Below, piece by piece: positions 8,383 through 17,732 of a stretch of DNA of 56,150 bases; within the stretch, counting starts at the first letter, position 1; the number at the start of each line of letters is the position of its first letter. Made by a program: the position numbers and the translations under genes. This stretch comes from a virus. Lineage: Duplodnaviria; Caudoviricetes. The stretch covers positions 1 through 56,150 of IMG/VR virus record IMGVR_UViG_3300045283_000278; one strand, written 5' to 3'. A model generated the notes under the pieces. It saw only the letters and a list, made by a program, of their open reading frames with translations, ran no database searches and was not told the DNA's origin.

Positions 8383-10365
8383 ATGGCCGTCGCTGCGCGA
8401 CTGGCCCGACCGGCCTGCGGCGGCCGGAGCCGTGCGGCGAGCCTGGTAGTGGTCACGCCGCCGGACCCCGATCCACCTCCGCTGGGGATCATCGAGGTCG
8501 CCCAGGGCAAGACAGCGACCGCCTCGTCGGTTAAGCCGGCGAACAACACCGGCGTCTTCACGCCGGATAAGGCGGTCGACGGCGACCCCGCAACCCGGTT
8601 CTCGACCGCGTGGGGCTCCGACAACCAGACCTACACCATTGATCTGGGGGCGATCTATCAGGTCGTCCGCGTCGAGGTGGATTGGTACACGAGCTGGGCG
8701 ACGCAGTGGGCCGTCATGATTTCCACCAACGGCACGTCGTTCACGGAGCGCTATGGGGTCACGAGCTCCCAGTATCAGCCGTCGTGGGTGATCCCGTTTG
8801 TCGGGGTATCCGGTGAGCTGATCCCAACGTCGGTCAGGTATGTGCGGCTGAGGTTGGATACTCGGGCGGACAAGAACTTCGGGTTCTCGTTCTACGCGGT
8901 CAGGGTGTACGCGTACGACACGGTGCCGCCGGTCACGAGCCCGCCGACGAACGAAACGAAGCCGGCGATCACTGGCACCTTCCAGGACGGATCGACGCTG
9001 TCATGTAGCTCTGGGGCGTGGCGCGATGCTGGCGGGCAGCCGATCCTCAACCCGGCCGCGCTCTATCAGTGGACGGCCGACAACATTGACTTGCCGGGTG
9101 CCACCTCCCAGACGTTGCTGCTCACCTCGGCGCACGTCGGCAAGACGATCGGCTGCAAGGTCACCGTCCAGGGGGTCCCCGTCGCCGCGATAGGCGGCAA
9201 GGTCGTTCAGCCAAAGGTCGTCACGCCGCCGCCCGTCGATCCGCCGACGGTCGCCACGGCCCCGACGATCTCCGGCCCGGGCGTCGTCGGCCAGCCCTAC
9301 ACGGGCACGCTCGGCACGGCCACCAACGGCGCGACCGCGACCTCGTTCTGGCAGGAGAACGCCGGGTCGGGCTTCACCGATGTCATCCCGCTCGATACGG
9401 ACCTCACCTACGTCCCATCCGTCGCCGGGCGCTCGATCCGGCTGCGGGTCCGGTGGACGAACGCGGCCGGGTTCGTCGATGCCTTCTCCAGCCCGCTGAC
9501 ACCGGCGGCCGCGCCGCCGACCGGCCGCACATATGGGACGTTCGAATACCCCTGGAGCGCATCGTCGCCGGCGAGGCGCACCCTCGCCGAGCAGAGCGTC
9601 ACCTACTACGCCGACTCCGACGTGCGGACCACGACGATCCGGTCGCGCAGCCCCGATGTGGCCTACCAGAACTGGTCTGCGACCGCGTTCAAGGGCACCG
9701 CCTCCGATCCGGTCAGGACAATCACCGCCCCGGATGGGTCGGGGTCCTGTCACATGCCGTCGATCGCCCGCCCCCAGTCCGATACGGACGGATCGATCCT
9801 CATCGTCGACATGGTCAACCTGATCGTGCACGAGGCGTGGAGTGCAACCCAGGACAACAACGGCAACATCACCGCCCGCTCCTATCAGTCGCAGTCGCTG
9901 ACGGGCACCGGGTTCAACGGCGGGATGCCCGCCGCAGACTTCTCATATCTCGTCGGGATCATCCGCAAGTTCGAGCTCGCGTCGACCGTGGCGGAGATCG
10001 AGCACATCATCGGCATCACTCTCGCGGTCGAGATCATGGACAACGTGTTCGTGCCGCCGGCCCGGTCGATCGACGGCTACGGCGGCAACCCGTGGGGCGG
10101 CTCCATCGAGTACGGCCGCCGGTTCGGCGCCCCGAACCTCCCGACGAACCTCCAGACCCAGTCGGGTGTGCGCGGAAAGGTCGCCCGCGCGGTGATGCGC
10201 TACGGGCTGATCGTGTGGGACACGTTCTCCGCTGGTGATGGTGGGTCGAAGATGACTGTGCGTGCCGAGGACAACATCACTTCTTCGGAGGCCACGGCGA
10301 TCGACCAGGGCGTCACGGATTGCCTGCCGTACCTGCGGACCGTCCAGTCAACGATCAGCGGCTGA
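8383..10365 (+). CDS. Discoidin/F5-8C (CBM32-like) + Ig-like repeats + conserved uncharacterised C-terminal domain
   Basis: VAQGKTATASS..KAVDGDPATRFS..IDLG..RYVRL discoidin pattern; two P.I.G..G.T....G Ig-like repeats; C-terminal domain paralogous to 14879-16300. Confidence 0.7.
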   Translation: MAVAARLARPACGGRSRAASLVVVTPPDPDPPPLGIIEVAQGKTATASSVKPANNTGVFTPDKAVDGDPATRFSTAWGSDNQTYTIDLGAIYQVVRVEVDWYTSWATQWAVMISTNGTSFTERYGVTSSQYQPSWVIPFVGVSGELIPTSVRYVRLRLDTRADKNFGFSFYAVRVYAYDTVPPVTSPPTNETKPAITGTFQDGSTLSCSSGAWRDAGGQPILNPAALYQWTADNIDLPGATSQTLLLTSAHVGKTIGCKVTVQGVPVAAIGGKVVQPKVVTPPPVDPPTVATAPTISGPGVVGQPYTGTLGTATNGATATSFWQENAGSGFTDVIPLDTDLTYVPSVAGRSIRLRVRWTNAAGFVDAFSSPLTPAAAPPTGRTYGTFEYPWSASSPARRTLAEQSVTYYADSDVRTTTIRSRSPDVAYQNWSATAFKGTASDPVRTITAPDGSGSCHMPSIARPQSDTDGSILIVDMVNLIVHEAWSATQDNNGNITARSYQSQSLTGTGFNGGMPAADFSYLVGIIRKFELASTVAEIEHIIGITLAVEIMDNVFVPPARSIDGYGGNPWGGSIEYGRRFGAPNLPTNLQTQSGVRGKVARAVMRYGLIVWDTFSAGDGGSKMTVRAEDNITSSEATAIDQGVTDCLPYLRTVQSTISG

Positions 10366-10384
10366 ACGTTGTTGAAAGGTTGCT

Positions 10385-12349
10385 ATGCCAATTAGATTCT
10401 CCTCGGGCTTGGTGGGAAGCGCGATCGACATCGCCGGCCAGGTGGATCGCCGTCGCCTGCGGTGGAAGGGCACGGCGCCACACTGGCAAGACCCGCCGTG
10501 CGTCGACCTCCGTGACTGGGATGGCGTGGAGCCATGGAAGACATCCTTGGGCACGGTGATGACGTCGGGGCAGCCGGTGCTGTCCAACACGGTCACGCCG
10601 TTCCAGTCCAGCGACGTCGGCAAACTGGTGATCGTCAACCAGAACGTCGGGACCGATCCGAGGTACTTCGCGAAGATCGCCTCGGTCAGTAACGGCGTAG
10701 CGACGATGGTTGACCCTGCCGATGGGGTCACGCCCGCGCCGTGCCCGTCGACCACGACCAACCAGCGCATGGTCTACGGGTGGGACGAGACGGCCGCCTT
10801 GCAAGCGGCTCTCAATGCGGCGGCGGCGTTCAACGTCACCGGCCGTTGGTGCGTGCTGCCGGGCACGCACTTTGTGTCGCAGCTCATCTATCCGACCGGC
10901 CTCTGGTTGGCGGGCGACGGCTGGGGCATCCAGTACGGGTCAACCAACGGCAGCATCTCCGACGTCCAAGGCAACTCGGGCACCACGATCGCTCAAATCC
11001 CCGGATCCAACAAAGACCTCCTCAGGTTCGCCGTCAGCTACTACGACGGCACGACGCGCTTCTACGGCCCGGGTTCGATTCGTCAGGTCACGCTCCTCGG
11101 TCCCCCGGCGGTGGGCGGCAAGACCTACACCGGGGGCGGCGGGTTCGTGATGCGCGACGTGGACGGCAACGCCGTCTGCCCGCAGGACGGAGCGTTCTTC
11201 GCCGACATCCACGCCATCCAGTTCTACGACGACGGCTTCGAACTCCCGGCCGGCGGCATCCCGCTGTTCGTGGATCGCTTGCGACCGTTCTACAACGGCC
11301 GCTACGGGATCAACGTTGGGGCCGCGCCCGCGTCCGACTCTGGGGTTGGCGGTGGCAACCAGCAGTCGATGCACTTCCTGAACTGCACCGGCGACGGCAA
11401 TGGCGAAGGACTCCTGCGCATCCATGATCAGGGCAACGCCGGGAACGTGGTGATCACGAACCTGAAGTCTGAGAAGGGCACCGTCCGTCCTCTCGCCAGG
11501 GTCGCGTCGGGTGCCCAGGAGTCGGCGATCATCCTCGAGAACTGCAACTACACGCCGGTCGTGATCAACGGGGTCACGCACATCAGCTCCGGGACGAGCA
11601 ACCCGACCGACGCCCCCGGGCCCGCGATCCTGATCAAGGCCAGCGACGACCGTCGACCGCAGGTGTCGTTCTTCGGCGTTGGCGTCCGCGTCACTTCGAC
11701 GCAGACCAACGGGCTCGCGGATGCGGTCTTGCTGCGGGACTCGGTCATCGGTGTGGACATCCCTCGGTCGGTGCAGACGAAGTCGGGGCATTGGCCCCCG
11801 GACACCCTGGTGAACCCGGACGGGATGGCTCTCTCGTCGGGGGAGGCAAACATTCCCCGGTTCCAGGCGCAGACGACGGTCACGATGACCAGCCAGGCGT
11901 TGCGGCTCGGCTACTTCCAGGCGCGGAAAACGGAGCAGATCGGGAAGCTGCGGGTCCACACCGGGTCAACCCCGGCAGGCGCGACCCCGTCGCTGCTGAA
12001 GTTCTGCATCTACGAAGTCCTCTCCGATGGCAGCCTGAACCTCGTCGGTGTGACCGCAAACTCGACAGGGTCGCTGGTGGCCGCCAGCACCGGTTACACC
12101 GTCGACTTGACTGCGGCGTTCAAGAAGTACTCGGGGAAGGTGTACGCGGCCGGGCTTCTGGTTGTGACGGCTGCGACGGCACCCCAGGTGTCGGGCGCTA
12201 TTCCTCCGTCTGCTGAGGCGGCGTCGCGGACCCCTCGTTTGACGTTGGCGTTGACTGGCCAAGCGGACGTGCCGTCCTCGATCTCGGCGGCGACCGTGTC
12301 TGGTTCGACGGCGACGAACAACTTTCCGTACGTGGTCGCGCTGCCATAA
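10385..12349 (+). CDS. Tailspike-like right-handed beta-helix protein (putative depolymerase)
   Basis: DETAALQAALNAA..VLPGTHFVSQL..LAGDG pectate-lyase-fold cap motif followed by N/G-rich rungs. Confidence 0.72.
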   Translation: MPIRFSSGLVGSAIDIAGQVDRRRLRWKGTAPHWQDPPCVDLRDWDGVEPWKTSLGTVMTSGQPVLSNTVTPFQSSDVGKLVIVNQNVGTDPRYFAKIASVSNGVATMVDPADGVTPAPCPSTTTNQRMVYGWDETAALQAALNAAAAFNVTGRWCVLPGTHFVSQLIYPTGLWLAGDGWGIQYGSTNGSISDVQGNSGTTIAQIPGSNKDLLRFAVSYYDGTTRFYGPGSIRQVTLLGPPAVGGKTYTGGGGFVMRDVDGNAVCPQDGAFFADIHAIQFYDDGFELPAGGIPLFVDRLRPFYNGRYGINVGAAPASDSGVGGGNQQSMHFLNCTGDGNGEGLLRIHDQGNAGNVVITNLKSEKGTVRPLARVASGAQESAIILENCNYTPVVINGVTHISSGTSNPTDAPGPAILIKASDDRRPQVSFFGVGVRVTSTQTNGLADAVLLRDSVIGVDIPRSVQTKSGHWPPDTLVNPDGMALSSGEANIPRFQAQTTVTMTSQALRLGYFQARKTEQIGKLRVHTGSTPAGATPSLLKFCIYEVLSDGSLNLVGVTANSTGSLVAASTGYTVDLTAAFKKYSGKVYAAGLLVVTAATAPQVSGAIPPSAEAASRTPRLTLALTGQADVPSSISAATVSGSTATNNFPYVVALP

Positions 12350-12488
12350 GCCGCTGCGCAGGCCGCAGGCAGCGCGGGCCGGCCTCGACTCTCGGGATTC
12401 GTCGCGTCGCAGGCCGATCTACCGGCCGATGGTGGCACGATCTCCGGCGCGTCGGTTTCGAACACCAGCGCCGGGCCGTACGCCGTGT
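12350..12488. terminator. GC-rich inverted repeats between convergent genes (possible bidirectional terminator)
   Basis: Imperfect stems such as cggcctcgac...gtcgcaggccg; no U-tract. Confidence 0.3.
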
Positions 12489-14693
12489 TCACTGCTTGAT
12501 AGCGGCTCGGAATGCTGCGTCGAACGGGGCTGCGAGCTCTGCGCCGTATGTCTTGGTGATGTGGCTGTTGTCGAAGTAAGCGACGGTGCGGCCGATCACT
12601 ACTGGGCATGTCCGCTGTCCGCAGAACCAGCCGGTCGGGTTGATGAACCCCGCCCCGTGCGCCTTGGCGAGCTGGGCAACGGTCTGCGTGACCAGGATGC
12701 GAGCGGAATCGTAGGGCGAACTGCAATCCCCCAACTTCGAATGGCTGCGGAGTAGGCAGTCGACGGGCAACTGCTGCTCGCCGAACACGTCGCCCATGAC
12801 CACGACCCGCTTCGACGACAGCTCAAGCTTGGGAATCAGTGCCCCCAGCGCAGACGTAACCGAGGCCATGGCAGGTGGCACCCCGGGAACCTCGTTCAGG
12901 TAACGACCGGCGATGATCGTGAGATCGGGACGCAGCTTCGCGGCCTGGCCAGTCGCCCACTTGTACCAGGCGGTGCATCCGGGCTTGGGGTGATCGCCGC
13001 CCCACATCCTGATGGTGCACGAGACCTTGATGACGGGGATCACCGTCCAATGCTCGCGCCTGGCGGTGCTCATGATCGCGGGCATCCACATCTGGGCATG
13101 AGAGTCGCCGAACACCACCATCGTCCGCGACGCGGCTGTGTCACCCATCTTGCAGAGCTGGTTGGTCGTCTGCCGTTCGCCAGCGGTGCATTCGGGCGGG
13201 AGTTTGTAGATGTCTTTTGCCAGGTCGCCTGTCGCTGGTGAGGGCGTCAGGCCCGCCGGGATCACCCGATTTGCCGTCGCAGCGAGATCCGCAGCCATGA
13301 CCGACGGAAGCGGCTTTCCGGTCGCGGCGAGCTGCTCGATCAATGCCTGCTGCTGCAACCGGTAGCGTTTCTGCGCAGGCGTCTCCGGGGCAGCGGGGGT
13401 GAGAAGGCTGGGTGCTCGCGCGGCGGCGGCGGCGACCTCGCCGTTGACGGCTGACAGCACCTTTCCGTCGATCGCTTGCTGAGCAAAGATCACGACCGCG
13501 GCGACGATGACCGGTGACGCGAGCCACATCACGAGTGCGGGCTGGGTCGAGATTCGTTCGCTGCGACGGATCGGGTTCTCAAACAGGTAGTAGGTGCCAG
13601 CCGAGAGCGCGAGCGCAGCGGCAAGCAGCAGGATGTTGGTGCCGACGCTCAGGTCGCTGCCGTGCTGTTCTGCGGCGAGTGCCAGAACGGGCCAGTGCCA
13701 CAGATAGAAGGTGTAGGAGATGTCGCCGATAAACCGCATCGGCGCGATGCTGAGCAGGCGGCCGACTCCAGCGAACGGGGTCTGCGCGGGCATCCCTGCA
13801 ACGATCAGCAGCGCCGCGCCGATCGTCGGGACCAACGCGGCCGAGCCAGGGAACGGTGTCGTCGCATCGAACTCGACCGCGGCGACCACGATGGCGGCGA
13901 GACCCGCCCATCCCATCCCGACACGGATGAGTGCCGGGACCCTCGTGAGGTGGCGAGCGGTCACGGCGAGACCTGCACCGAGCGCGAGCTCCCACGCCCG
14001 CGTAAACGTCGAGAAGTACGCCACCGTGGGGCTTGTCTTCGTCTGGTGGATCGACCAGTACAGCGATACCGCGGCGATGATCGCGATGAGCACGAAGAGG
14101 CGGTCAAGTCCGCGGCCGGTCAACGGGGGGCGCGGCCGCATCCGACGGCGACGGCCGATTCGGATCAGGCCGGTCCCGAACACGACGACAGCAACGAGCG
14201 TTGGCCACACGACATAGAACTGCTCCTCGACCGCGAGGGACCAGAAGTGGCGGACCGGGGATTCGGGCTGGCCCTGCGCGAAATAGTCGGTGCCCATGTG
14301 CGCGAAGTGCACGTTGGCGCCGAACACCGATGCCCAGAGCGTGTCGGTCAGCACCTGATGGGCGCGGACGATGTTCAGCATCTGGTAGGCCGCGATTGCG
14401 GTGGCAGCGAGGGTGAGGGTCGCGGCCGGGAGTATGCGCTTTGCGCGCCGAGCGTAGAACTCGGCCAGAGAGATTCGGCTGCGTTGCGCCGCTCCGGAGA
14501 GCAGCACCCCGGTGATGAGGTAGCCGGACAGGACGAAGAACACGTCCACGCCGATGTAGCCGCCCGAAAGAAATCCGATGCCGGCGTGGTTGAGCGCGAC
14601 GAGCAGCACGGCTACGGCGCGCATCCCTTGGATGTCGCGTCGGTGCCTGGTGGATGGCAGCAGTGGTCGTCCAGCCCGCGGGTCGGCTTTCAT
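12489..14693 (-). CDS. Acyltransferase-3 + SGNH fusion (OafA/OatA-like O-acyltransferase), moron-like
   Basis: DIQGMRAVAV, GYIGVDVFFVLSGYLI, HFWSLAVEEQFY, ISYTFYLWHWP; SGNH GDSH and DNSH catalytic motifs; start at ATG 14693 preferred because TACAGT lies 8 nt upstream. Confidence 0.92.
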   Translation of the reverse strand: MKADPRAGRPLLPSTRHRRDIQGMRAVAVLLVALNHAGIGFLSGGYIGVDVFFVLSGYLITGVLLSGAAQRSRISLAEFYARRAKRILPAATLTLAATAIAAYQMLNIVRAHQVLTDTLWASVFGANVHFAHMGTDYFAQGQPESPVRHFWSLAVEEQFYVVWPTLVAVVVFGTGLIRIGRRRRMRPRPPLTGRGLDRLFVLIAIIAAVSLYWSIHQTKTSPTVAYFSTFTRAWELALGAGLAVTARHLTRVPALIRVGMGWAGLAAIVVAAVEFDATTPFPGSAALVPTIGAALLIVAGMPAQTPFAGVGRLLSIAPMRFIGDISYTFYLWHWPVLALAAEQHGSDLSVGTNILLLAAALALSAGTYYLFENPIRRSERISTQPALVMWLASPVIVAAVVIFAQQAIDGKVLSAVNGEVAAAAARAPSLLTPAAPETPAQKRYRLQQQALIEQLAATGKPLPSVMAADLAATANRVIPAGLTPSPATGDLAKDIYKLPPECTAGERQTTNQLCKMGDTAASRTMVVFGDSHAQMWMPAIMSTARREHWTVIPVIKVSCTIRMWGGDHPKPGCTAWYKWATGQAAKLRPDLTIIAGRYLNEVPGVPPAMASVTSALGALIPKLELSSKRVVVMGDVFGEQQLPVDCLLRSHSKLGDCSSPYDSARILVTQTVAQLAKAHGAGFINPTGWFCGQRTCPVVIGRTVAYFDNSHITKTYGAELAAPFDAAFRAAIKQ

Positions 14694-14730
14694 CGCGCGG
14701 GACTGTAAAGCGCAGAGCCGCGTTCTGCTA
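14694..14730 (-). promoter_or_regulatory. Putative near-leaderless promoter for acyltransferase
   Basis: Minus strand reads TACAGT-cccgcgcg-ATG (-10 box at 14702-14707); no clear -35. Confidence 0.4.
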
Positions 14731-14878
14731 TCGACCTTGCTCTGTGTTGGACCTGCCGTACTGGTCGGTTGGACAGGACGGCACACCTGCTTTGCGTGAG
14801 GCTCCGACGGTCCCTGGGCGCCCGTTAGGCGCCCGTTCTCGCAGCACTCTTCGATCCCCCGGCCCGGGAGGACTACTC

Positions 14879-16300
14879 ATGGCTTCGATTGGCACCCCGA
14901 CGTTGAAGCTCACCGCCACCACGCTCACGTGGACCCGGGTCACGGGTGCGTCCGGCTACGTCCTCGTCGACACCGATGCCGCCGGCCGCGCGGCGCTCGT
15001 CCGTGTCGCGGCGGCCGTCACGACCTATCCGGCGCAGCCCGGGCACACCTACAACGTCTTCGCACGCGGCCCGTTCTCTGACGCCGTCCACGTTCCCGCT
15101 GTCCCCGACCCCCCGGCGGAGCCTCCTGCGACGGTCACCGTCGACATTCGCCACAAAGAGGACCTGTCGACGGTCACCGACACCGACGACGTGCACGGTG
15201 CCTACATCGGCGACATCGTCAAGGCCGTCGTCACCGGCTCACCGGGCGGGGCCCTCTACTTCGAGTGGGACAACCTCGGCCTAGTCCGAAGCGACCACGA
15301 CGACGAGTACGTCATCACCGACGCCGAGGACGGCGAGCCGCTCAAGGTCCGGGTGCTCGACAAGGCCGGCGGAACGCTCCTCGCGCAGGACACGATCAAC
15401 GTCCGGGCAGGCCTGCGGCCGAGCTCGACACCCGTACCCGGCGCCCCGCCGGTCGTCACGCCGCCGGTCGTCACGCCGCCGAGCATCCCGTCGACGAGCA
15501 AGCGGCCGTGGTGGGCGCCGGGCTCCTACTGGACCCGGGACATTCCCGACGGGCTGCAGGCCGCCCTCGTCAACGACGCGCGCGCCGCGCAGCTGCACGG
15601 CTCCGCCACGTTCAACTGCTCCAACGGCTACGGCATCCCCGTCTGGGTCGGCAAGAGCACCGACCCGCTCATCGCCCCGTCCGCCAGCGACCTGAACCGC
15701 ACCGAGAGCCTCCACATCCCCGCCGGCGCCACCGCCGCGCACGGCACCGACGGTGCGTTCGCCGCCGCCGACCCGATCAAGCGCCTCCTTCTCGATGCCT
15801 GGCAGTGGAACGGCGGCCGCGCAGCGAGCGCCTACATCGGCGTCCTCGGCCAGGACACGGGCATGCAGGGCGGCATGCGCGCCGCCGACTGGCACTACGC
15901 CGCCGGCCTCATCTTCGGCGACGACCTCGCCGACGGCCGCATCGACACCGCCCTGTGCCTCGCCGTCCCTGGCTCTCTACTGCGACTCGGACCGATCCCT
16001 CCGGCGCGCAGCCAGGATGCCGGCGCCGGCGACTACGGCGGCCTGAACCCGATGGGGACGTTCGGCGCGATCCCCGAGGGCGTCGACATCACCAAGATAG
16101 GTCTCCAGACCAGGGAGGGTCTCGTCGTTGCCGACGCGCTGCAGCGCAAGGGCGCGTTCATCGGAGACCGCGCGGGCAACCGCGTCCTCTTCGGCGACCC
16201 CGTGACCGTCACCAAGGCCCAGGAGGCGAACCTCGTCCGGGATGCCACCGCTCTCTTCAAGGCCCTCTGGGTTGGGCCGCTGACGGGCGTCACGCGCTGA
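14879..16300 (+). CDS. Virion-associated protein: Ig/FN3-like N-terminus + domain paralogous to C-terminus of 8383-10365
   Basis: GGAGG RBS before ATG 14879; shared motifs TDG, GGM.AAD..Y..G.I, PPARS.D. Confidence 0.65.
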   Translation: MASIGTPTLKLTATTLTWTRVTGASGYVLVDTDAAGRAALVRVAAAVTTYPAQPGHTYNVFARGPFSDAVHVPAVPDPPAEPPATVTVDIRHKEDLSTVTDTDDVHGAYIGDIVKAVVTGSPGGALYFEWDNLGLVRSDHDDEYVITDAEDGEPLKVRVLDKAGGTLLAQDTINVRAGLRPSSTPVPGAPPVVTPPVVTPPSIPSTSKRPWWAPGSYWTRDIPDGLQAALVNDARAAQLHGSATFNCSNGYGIPVWVGKSTDPLIAPSASDLNRTESLHIPAGATAAHGTDGAFAAADPIKRLLLDAWQWNGGRAASAYIGVLGQDTGMQGGMRAADWHYAAGLIFGDDLADGRIDTALCLAVPGSLLRLGPIPPARSQDAGAGDYGGLNPMGTFGAIPEGVDITKIGLQTREGLVVADALQRKGAFIGDRAGNRVLFGDPVTVTKAQEANLVRDATALFKALWVGPLTGVTR

Positions 16301-16305
16301 GGCAT

Positions 16306-16638
16306 ATGAGCATCGAAGCGGCTCCCGGCAGCGAGCTGTACGCATACACGTCGCAGATCCAGACCGGGCTCGCGCCCACGATGACCGTCCAGATCCTCGA
16401 CGGCCCGACCGGCGTCTACGGCCCGACCGGCGATGACCTCGTCGAGGTACCGGTCGGCTCTGGCCGCTACGCCGCGCTGCTCACCGCCCCCGCCGACCCC
16501 GGCCGCTACCTCATCGTCTTCACGGCCGGCGATGGTCGCTGCGCCGACGAGGAGCTCATCGTCACCGAGCGCGCCGTCCAGCTCGGTGGGCGTGTGAACC
16601 TCTGGGATCCGCGACGTACGCACGAGGGGACCACATGA
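16306..16638 (+). CDS. Ig-like virion protein, paralog of N-terminus of next gene (110 aa)
   Basis: YAYTS..VQILDG..GSG.YAA.LTAPA.PGRYLIV..ADE.L.VT shared with 16635-17279; ATGA coupling. Confidence 0.65.
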   Translation: MSIEAAPGSELYAYTSQIQTGLAPTMTVQILDGPTGVYGPTGDDLVEVPVGSGRYAALLTAPADPGRYLIVFTAGDGRCADEELIVTERAVQLGGRVNLWDPRRTHEGTT

Positions 16639-17279
16639 TCCGAGTCGCGCCGTCCGCCAGCTTCTACGCCTACACCAGCCCCACCGCCAGTGGGCTCGTC
16701 GGCGACATCAGCGTCCAGATCCTCGACGGCACTAGTGTCGAGGTCGCCGAGACGACCAGCGGGATCACCGAGACCCCCGCCGGATCCGGCATCTACGCCG
16801 CGCACCTCACCGCGCCGGCCGAGCCCGGCCGCTACCTCATCGTCTGGGACGACGGCGCCGGCACCCTCGCCGACGAGGACCTCCTTGTCACCGGCGAGGA
16901 TCCCGACGACCAGCCCATCACCGTCCAGGCGCAGGGCCCGCCGCTGCCCGCCGGCCCGATCCTGAACCTCATCCGCGGCGACGACTACCGCGCCGCCGAC
17001 GACCGGTCGTTCATCTTCTACGCCGACGCCGGCTGGCCGAGCATCGACGCCGCGACCGTCACGCTCCTGCTCTCCGGACCCACGCCCGGCATCACCGTCG
17101 CTGTGACCGGCGAGGTCCTCGACGCCGATGGCGAAGTCCAGCAGATCGGTGTCGAGATCACCGCCGCGCAGACCAGCAGCCTCGAGCGCGGCGAGGGCCG
17201 CTACGTCCTGAGCGCCGCGAAGTCCGGGCGCGCCCTCACGCTCGCCCGCGGCTTCGTTCGCGTGCACGACCGCCCGTAG
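16635..17279 (+). CDS. Two-domain Ig-like virion protein (BppU-like C-terminal half)
   Basis: GAGGG RBS; LIRGDDY...EITAAQT..L..G..RY pattern. Confidence 0.6.
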   Translation: MIRVAPSASFYAYTSPTASGLVGDISVQILDGTSVEVAETTSGITETPAGSGIYAAHLTAPAEPGRYLIVWDDGAGTLADEDLLVTGEDPDDQPITVQAQGPPLPAGPILNLIRGDDYRAADDRSFIFYADAGWPSIDAATVTLLLSGPTPGITVAVTGEVLDADGEVQQIGVEITAAQTSSLERGEGRYVLSAAKSGRALTLARGFVRVHDRP

Positions 17280-17288
17280 GAGGCGCCC

Positions 17289-17732
17289 ATGGCCTTCGCC
17301 ACCGTCGAGCAGCTCGCGCAGCGCCTCGGGCGCACCTTCACCGAGGCAGAGACCACCCAAGCCACCGCGCTGCTCGGGCTCGCGCAGCTCGCGATCGCCG
17401 CCGCATGCGACAAGGACGACACCTGGGCCGACGAGCTCGATCCCGTACCGGCGGCGCTGCAGATCACCTGCATCGAGATCGCCGTGCGGATCATGTCCAA
17501 CCCCTCCGGCGCACGGTCGCGGTCCGAGCGCCTGGGCCAGTACGAGGTCAGCGAGAGCTTCCACGCGAACTTCGACCCCGCGGCCGCCGGCATCACGCTC
17601 ACCGACCGCGAGGAGCTCCGCTGCCGCCGCGCCGTCTACGGCTCCGCCTCCGGGTCGGTGCGCGTCAAGTCCGTCACCCAGGACCTCCTCCTCGACCGCG
17701 TCCCGTTCGCGTGGTGGTTCGACGAGGCATGA
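17289..17732 (+). CDS. Head-to-tail adaptor
   Basis: MAFATVEQL..RLGR, NPSGARSRSE.G.Y, LTDRE motifs typical of actinophage adaptors; GGAGG RBS. Confidence 0.85.
   Translation: MAFATVEQLAQRLGRTFTEAETTQATALLGLAQLAIAAACDKDDTWADELDPVPAALQITCIEIAVRIMSNPSGARSRSERLGQYEVSESFHANFDPAAAGITLTDREELRCRRAVYGSASGSVRVKSVTQDLLLDRVPFAWWFDEA

Noticed and set aside
9530-16300. Paralogous domains as diversity-generating retroelement TR/VR pair
   Set aside because: Similarity is at protein-motif level, not near-identical DNA with adenine-specific mismatches; no reverse transcriptase seen
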